A stretch of 64,000 nucleotides of DNA. Origin: Pristiophorus japonicus (lineage: Eukaryota). The notes beneath the pieces are model-generated. The model was given only the letters and a program-made list of their open reading frames with translations, ran no database searches and had not been told where the DNA came from. The DNA is taken from the NCBI RefSeq assembly GCF_044704955.1, contig NC_092006.1:4836001-4900000 (forward strand), written 5' to 3'. Of the stretch, positions 60,574 through 64,000 are shown in pieces; position 1 is the first letter of the stretch, and every line of letters begins with the position of its first letter. The position numbers were made by a program, and so were the translations under genes.

Positions 60574-60945
60574 TTACATTCCTTCCTTTGTGCAATAAAT
60601 TGTGGCTCCTAGTTTGCACAAAGTCTGTCTTCCCAATAAAGGGAGCGGTGTTGTTTTAGAGACTATCAAAGTCTCATCATTAACTGATTGTCCTTCAATT
60701 ATCAATTTGGTAGGTTCAGATAAAAATTCTTTCATGGGGATACCGGCCACGCCCAAACTTAAGACGGTGGTGTTGCTTACAGATAATCCCACAGAGGATG
60801 GTACAGAAGGCATAGTAGCACCGGTATCCACCAGGAACTTCACATAAGTGTCTCCTACTTTTACTACTGCCAGAGGGTTTTCTTCTATGTCCGCTGATAG
60901 GCGGGGTGCTGCCGCCTGTACCACTCAGCCTCCGGGGCATCCCTA
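60574..60945 (-). pseudogene. pro: ERV protease, preceded in frame by a TAG-GGA gag-terminator-like codon
   Basis: FLVDTGA and LLGRQTLCKLGATI motifs; TAG at 60945-60943 in frame; an additional TGA at 60927. Confidence 0.85.
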
Positions 60946-61692
60946 TGCTGATTATTCTGTGCCTGTCCTCGTCCCTTTTGCTGATTTACTGACCTGCTGT
61001 TTTAGCCTTATTTTCCTTATAGGTAAATAGTCCCTCTCTATCCATGTTAGCCAGTACTGTAACTGTCTCTTTCCAACTTTTTCCTTGCCAGTCCAAAACC
61101 TTTATTTTGTATGTTCTTGCTTGTTGTGGCAACATACAATTTAACAAGGTTTGCACTGCCAAAGGTTCATCTTTTACCCCTTTCCAAGAGGACCCATATG
61201 CTGCCTGCAGTCATAATTTCACATCTCCAGGGAGGGGGTTATAAATGGTACAGGTTTGCTCAAGCCAGTTGTGAAAGGCTACTGGCTTCGTAACAGGATT
61301 AGGGGCGGCTGTTATTTTTTTTAAAAACAATTATCCATATAATCTTTATCCCAAGTGGGGTCCCCTGTCCCATTTTTGGTGGTCTGTCTCCATTCCTCAA
61401 TTAAGGACAATTTAAAACTTCCTCCATATGGCCAATCCCCATCAGACCAACCGTACAAATCTCTACTAAACGTTACCGCGTATCTGTCGTCTCCTGTGTC
61501 TTTAATTACAGTGTCCGCCGGCGAGCCGGGCGGCACGATGGGATCTCCTACCTTCTCTCGTTGCTTTGCTACCTTACGGATTCTTTTCTCAGTCTTAGGA
61601 TGTACTTTCATTCTTTCAGTCGAGAGGTCGTCCTTCTTTCCTTTTCTAGGAGCTGGGCGCGAGCGCCCTGCTCGACTAGAGCCGTTTCCCAT
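60946..61692 (-). pseudogene. gag: ERV gag remnant (MA-like N-terminus; most of capsid/NC missing)
   Basis: MGNGSS myristoylation-like start, WPYGGSF motif; only about 750 nt to the pro junction. Confidence 0.7.
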
Positions 61693-62008
61693 TCTGCCGG
61701 GTGCAACGTCTCGCGATCTTTTCTGAAATGAGAGTTAGGACAATCCTACAAAATATACAATAATTTACAAAGCGCTCACCGGTGTTCTCTTTTCTGCTCA
61801 GCTCGGGGTCTCCTTTCTCCTTTTTGTTATTTTAGCTTCTTTGCGGTAGCTACCTTATGCCTCACCCCCCCCAGGGGATCTCGGCGGCCCGTCCCCCTTT
61901 TGCTAGGACGGCCTTGGCACCTTCCTCCTTTCAGCTAGGAAGGTCCTTAAAATTCCTCTTTTCTCTTTAAAAGTTAAATTTAATTCTTTTGGATCTCGTT
62001 TTTTAGAG

Positions 62009-62027
62009 ATCCTGCCGGACTACGCCA
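62009..62027 (-). promoter_or_regulatory. Primer-binding site, tRNA-Ser type
   Basis: TGGCGTAGTCCGGCAGGAT is the complement of the vertebrate tRNA-Ser 3' end ATCCTGCCGACTACGCCA with one extra base; 5 nt from the LTR. Confidence 0.8.
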
Positions 62028-62032
62028 GAATC

Positions 62033-62495
62033 TGTCGAGGAAATATTTAGCTTAAATTAACTCAGGCGGAGACTTTCAGAAGTGCACTTCGAGAGAATTT
62101 ATTTTAAAAAGCGAGATAAATCTCGGAGAGCCTGCTTGGACCGTACCAAGGCAAAAACTCTGCCGTACAGGCAAATTGTCCCTATCTTTATACAGAAATT
62201 GAATACAGAAATATAAAAGGAATCTTATTCATTAGTCCCGCGAGTACAAAGGTCGTCTCGGGAGGTACACACTCTATCTGTCCTTGCATAGTTTCTTTCT
62301 GTTCACAGTCTGATAAGCAGAATAAAAGGAGACTCCCTTTTAATCCCAGATGGTCATTTAATTGCATCTCTAAGTTTCAAGGCTAAAAAAGCGTGGCTAT
62401 TTTTCTAGTCCTATTATTTCTTTAAGCATAGCAAAAACAGAATTTAACCCTTCCCTTTTCCATAAGCCATAGATTCATAGATTCTTTCTTCCACA
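62033..62495 (-). repeat. ERV 5' LTR, 463 bp
   Basis: TG..CA ends with an imperfect inverted repeat (TGTGGAAG / CCTCGACA); TATAAA at 62187-62192 and AATAAA at 62098-62103 on the minus strand. Confidence 0.95.
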
Positions 62496-62795
62496 GGCAC
62501 TCCCTCAGTACCGCCCCTACAACAATGCGGCGCTCCCTCAGTACTGCCCCTCCGACACTCCCGCCCCTCTGACGGTACTGCTGTTCCCTCAGTACCGCCC
62601 CTCCGACAGTGCGACGCTCCCTCGGTACTGCCCCTCCGACAGTGTGACGCTCCCTCGGTACTGCCCCTCCGACAGTGTGACGCTCCCTCAGCACTGCACT
62701 GGAGTGTCAGCATAAATATTTGTGCTCAAGTCTCTGGAGTGGGACTTGGACACACAACATTCTGATTCAGAGGTGAGCATGCTGCCCACTGAGCC
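62496..62795 (-). mobile_element. Deu-domain SINE 5' half (head plus 33-bp array), cut by the LTR
   Basis: Reverse complement of 27400-27740. Confidence 0.8.
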
Positions 62796-63324
62796 ATGAG
62801 TAAACCAGATGAGTTTTTACGACAATCCAGTAGTTTTATGGTCACTATTACAGAGTTGAACTGTTAATCCCAGATTTATTAACTGAATTTAAATTCCCCA
62901 GCTGCCCTGGTGGGATTTGAACTCTGGTTTGCGGATCATTATTCCGGGCCTGGGGATTAGTAACGCAGTAATTTACCACTACGCTGACGGGTCTGCCTTC
63001 TCTTACAGTCAGCGTCGATGGCAGTATCGATACTGTGAGGAGTTCCCCACTACCGTTGTCTGATTGGGGCTGCACTGTGACGCGGGAGATTTCAATAAAA
63101 GAGTGATAAGTCTGGTGGCCAAACGAGTCTCGTCTTTTTTTGGGTTGCTGTCCGATGGACATCTTACGCCGTTGTCCGCTCGGGACACGGAAGAGCACTT
63201 CAGCGACTGGGAGAGCTTGACACCGAGCCCAGGGTAGCGGTTGGTGGGAGAGTGGGGGGGCACCTGGAGTGGGCCGGGGACTGAGCGAAGGTTCGCGAGA
63301 GCTGGGATTTCAGGGGGACCATTG

Positions 63325-64000
63325 CTGGGTAGCGGTGTGAGCTGTGAGGAGGACGCTAAGAGGCTGCAAGGTGACTTGAACAGGTTAGGTGAGTGGGCAA
63401 ATGCAAGGCACATGCAGTATAATGTGCATAAATGTGAGGTTATCCACTTTGGTGGTAAAAACAGGAAGGCAGAATGTTATCTGAATGGTGACAGATTAGG
63501 AAAAGGGGCGGTGCAACGAGACCTGGGTGTCATGGTACATCAGTCATTGAAGGTTGGCATGCAGGTACAGCAGGCGGTGCAGAAGGCAAATGGTATGTTG
63601 GCTTTCATAGCGAGAGGATTTGAGTATAGGAGCAGGGAGGTCTTACTGCAGTTGTACAGGGCCTTGGTGAGGCCTCACCTGGAATATTGTGTTCAGTTTT
63701 GGTCTCCTAATCTGAGGAAGGACGTTCTTGCTATTGAGGGAGTGCAGCGAAGGTTCACCAGACTGATTCCCAGAATGGCAGGACTGACATATGAAGAAAG
63801 ACTGGATCGACTCGGCTTATATTCACTGGAGTTTAGAAGAATGAGAGGAGATTTCATATAAATATATAAAATTCTCACGGGATTGGACAGATTAGATGCA
63901 GGAAGAATGTTCCCGATGTTGGGGAAGTCCAGAACCAGGGGTCACAATCTAAGGATAAGGGGTAAGCCATTTAGGACCGAGATTAGGAGAAACTTCTTCA
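63325..64000 (+). mobile_element. CR1 ORF2 3' fragment (runs off the window)
   Basis: [27 protein letters not shown]. Confidence 0.92.

Larger units (their letters stand above)
51341..62495 (-). mobile_element. Endogenous retrovirus (gamma/epsilon-like pol), defective provirus with two LTRs
   Basis: LTR-PBS-gag-pro-pol-small ORF-env-PPT-LTR order on the minus strand. Confidence 0.95.

Noticed and set aside
63009-63235. Non-repeat segment with an acceptor-like TCTCTTACAG as a further exon
   Set aside because: All three plus-strand frames stop within about 100 nt, and the minus-strand ORFs show no motif I recognise; unsupported without a search.

Overview
Repeat-rich vertebrate genomic DNA, most likely from a cartilaginous fish (inferred from the CR1 LINE families, the Deu-domain tRNA-derived SINE and the Ig/TCR-like genes). 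There are two assembly gaps, at 4943-5279 and 7562-7724. Main discovery: three intact spliced genes lie hidden among the repeats (A, minus strand, 8375-628, 312 aa; B, minus strand, 22901-12831, 279 aa; C, plus strand, 29898-37349, 299 aa). Each encodes a non-rearranging antigen-receptor-like protein: leader, germline-joined VJ domain, C1-type Ig domain, stalk Cys with TM, and a cytoplasmic TxYxxL (ITIM/ITSM-like) motif. I rebuilt all 17 exons by hand; all have GT-AG ends and compatible phases. B and C sit head-to-head in a large inverted repeat. They share about 97% identical leader/VJ/C1 exons but carry different TM and tail modules. B appears chimeric (C-type ectodomain on an A-type tail). 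B also lacks one cytoplasmic exon, and a 10-nt deletion in its TM exon restores the frame. The right part of the window holds a minus-strand endogenous retrovirus (51341-62495). It has about 99% identical LTRs, a tRNA-Ser PBS, a gamma/epsilon-type pol with its YxDD motif deleted, an atypical short-SU/long-TM env, and a small TM ORF upstream of env. A young CR1 splits its 3' LTR. The rest is CR1, L2-like, RTE, Tx1/L1 and SINE fragments, plus four minisatellites that arose inside retroposons. Exon coordinates are exact hand reads; repeat boundaries are approximate.
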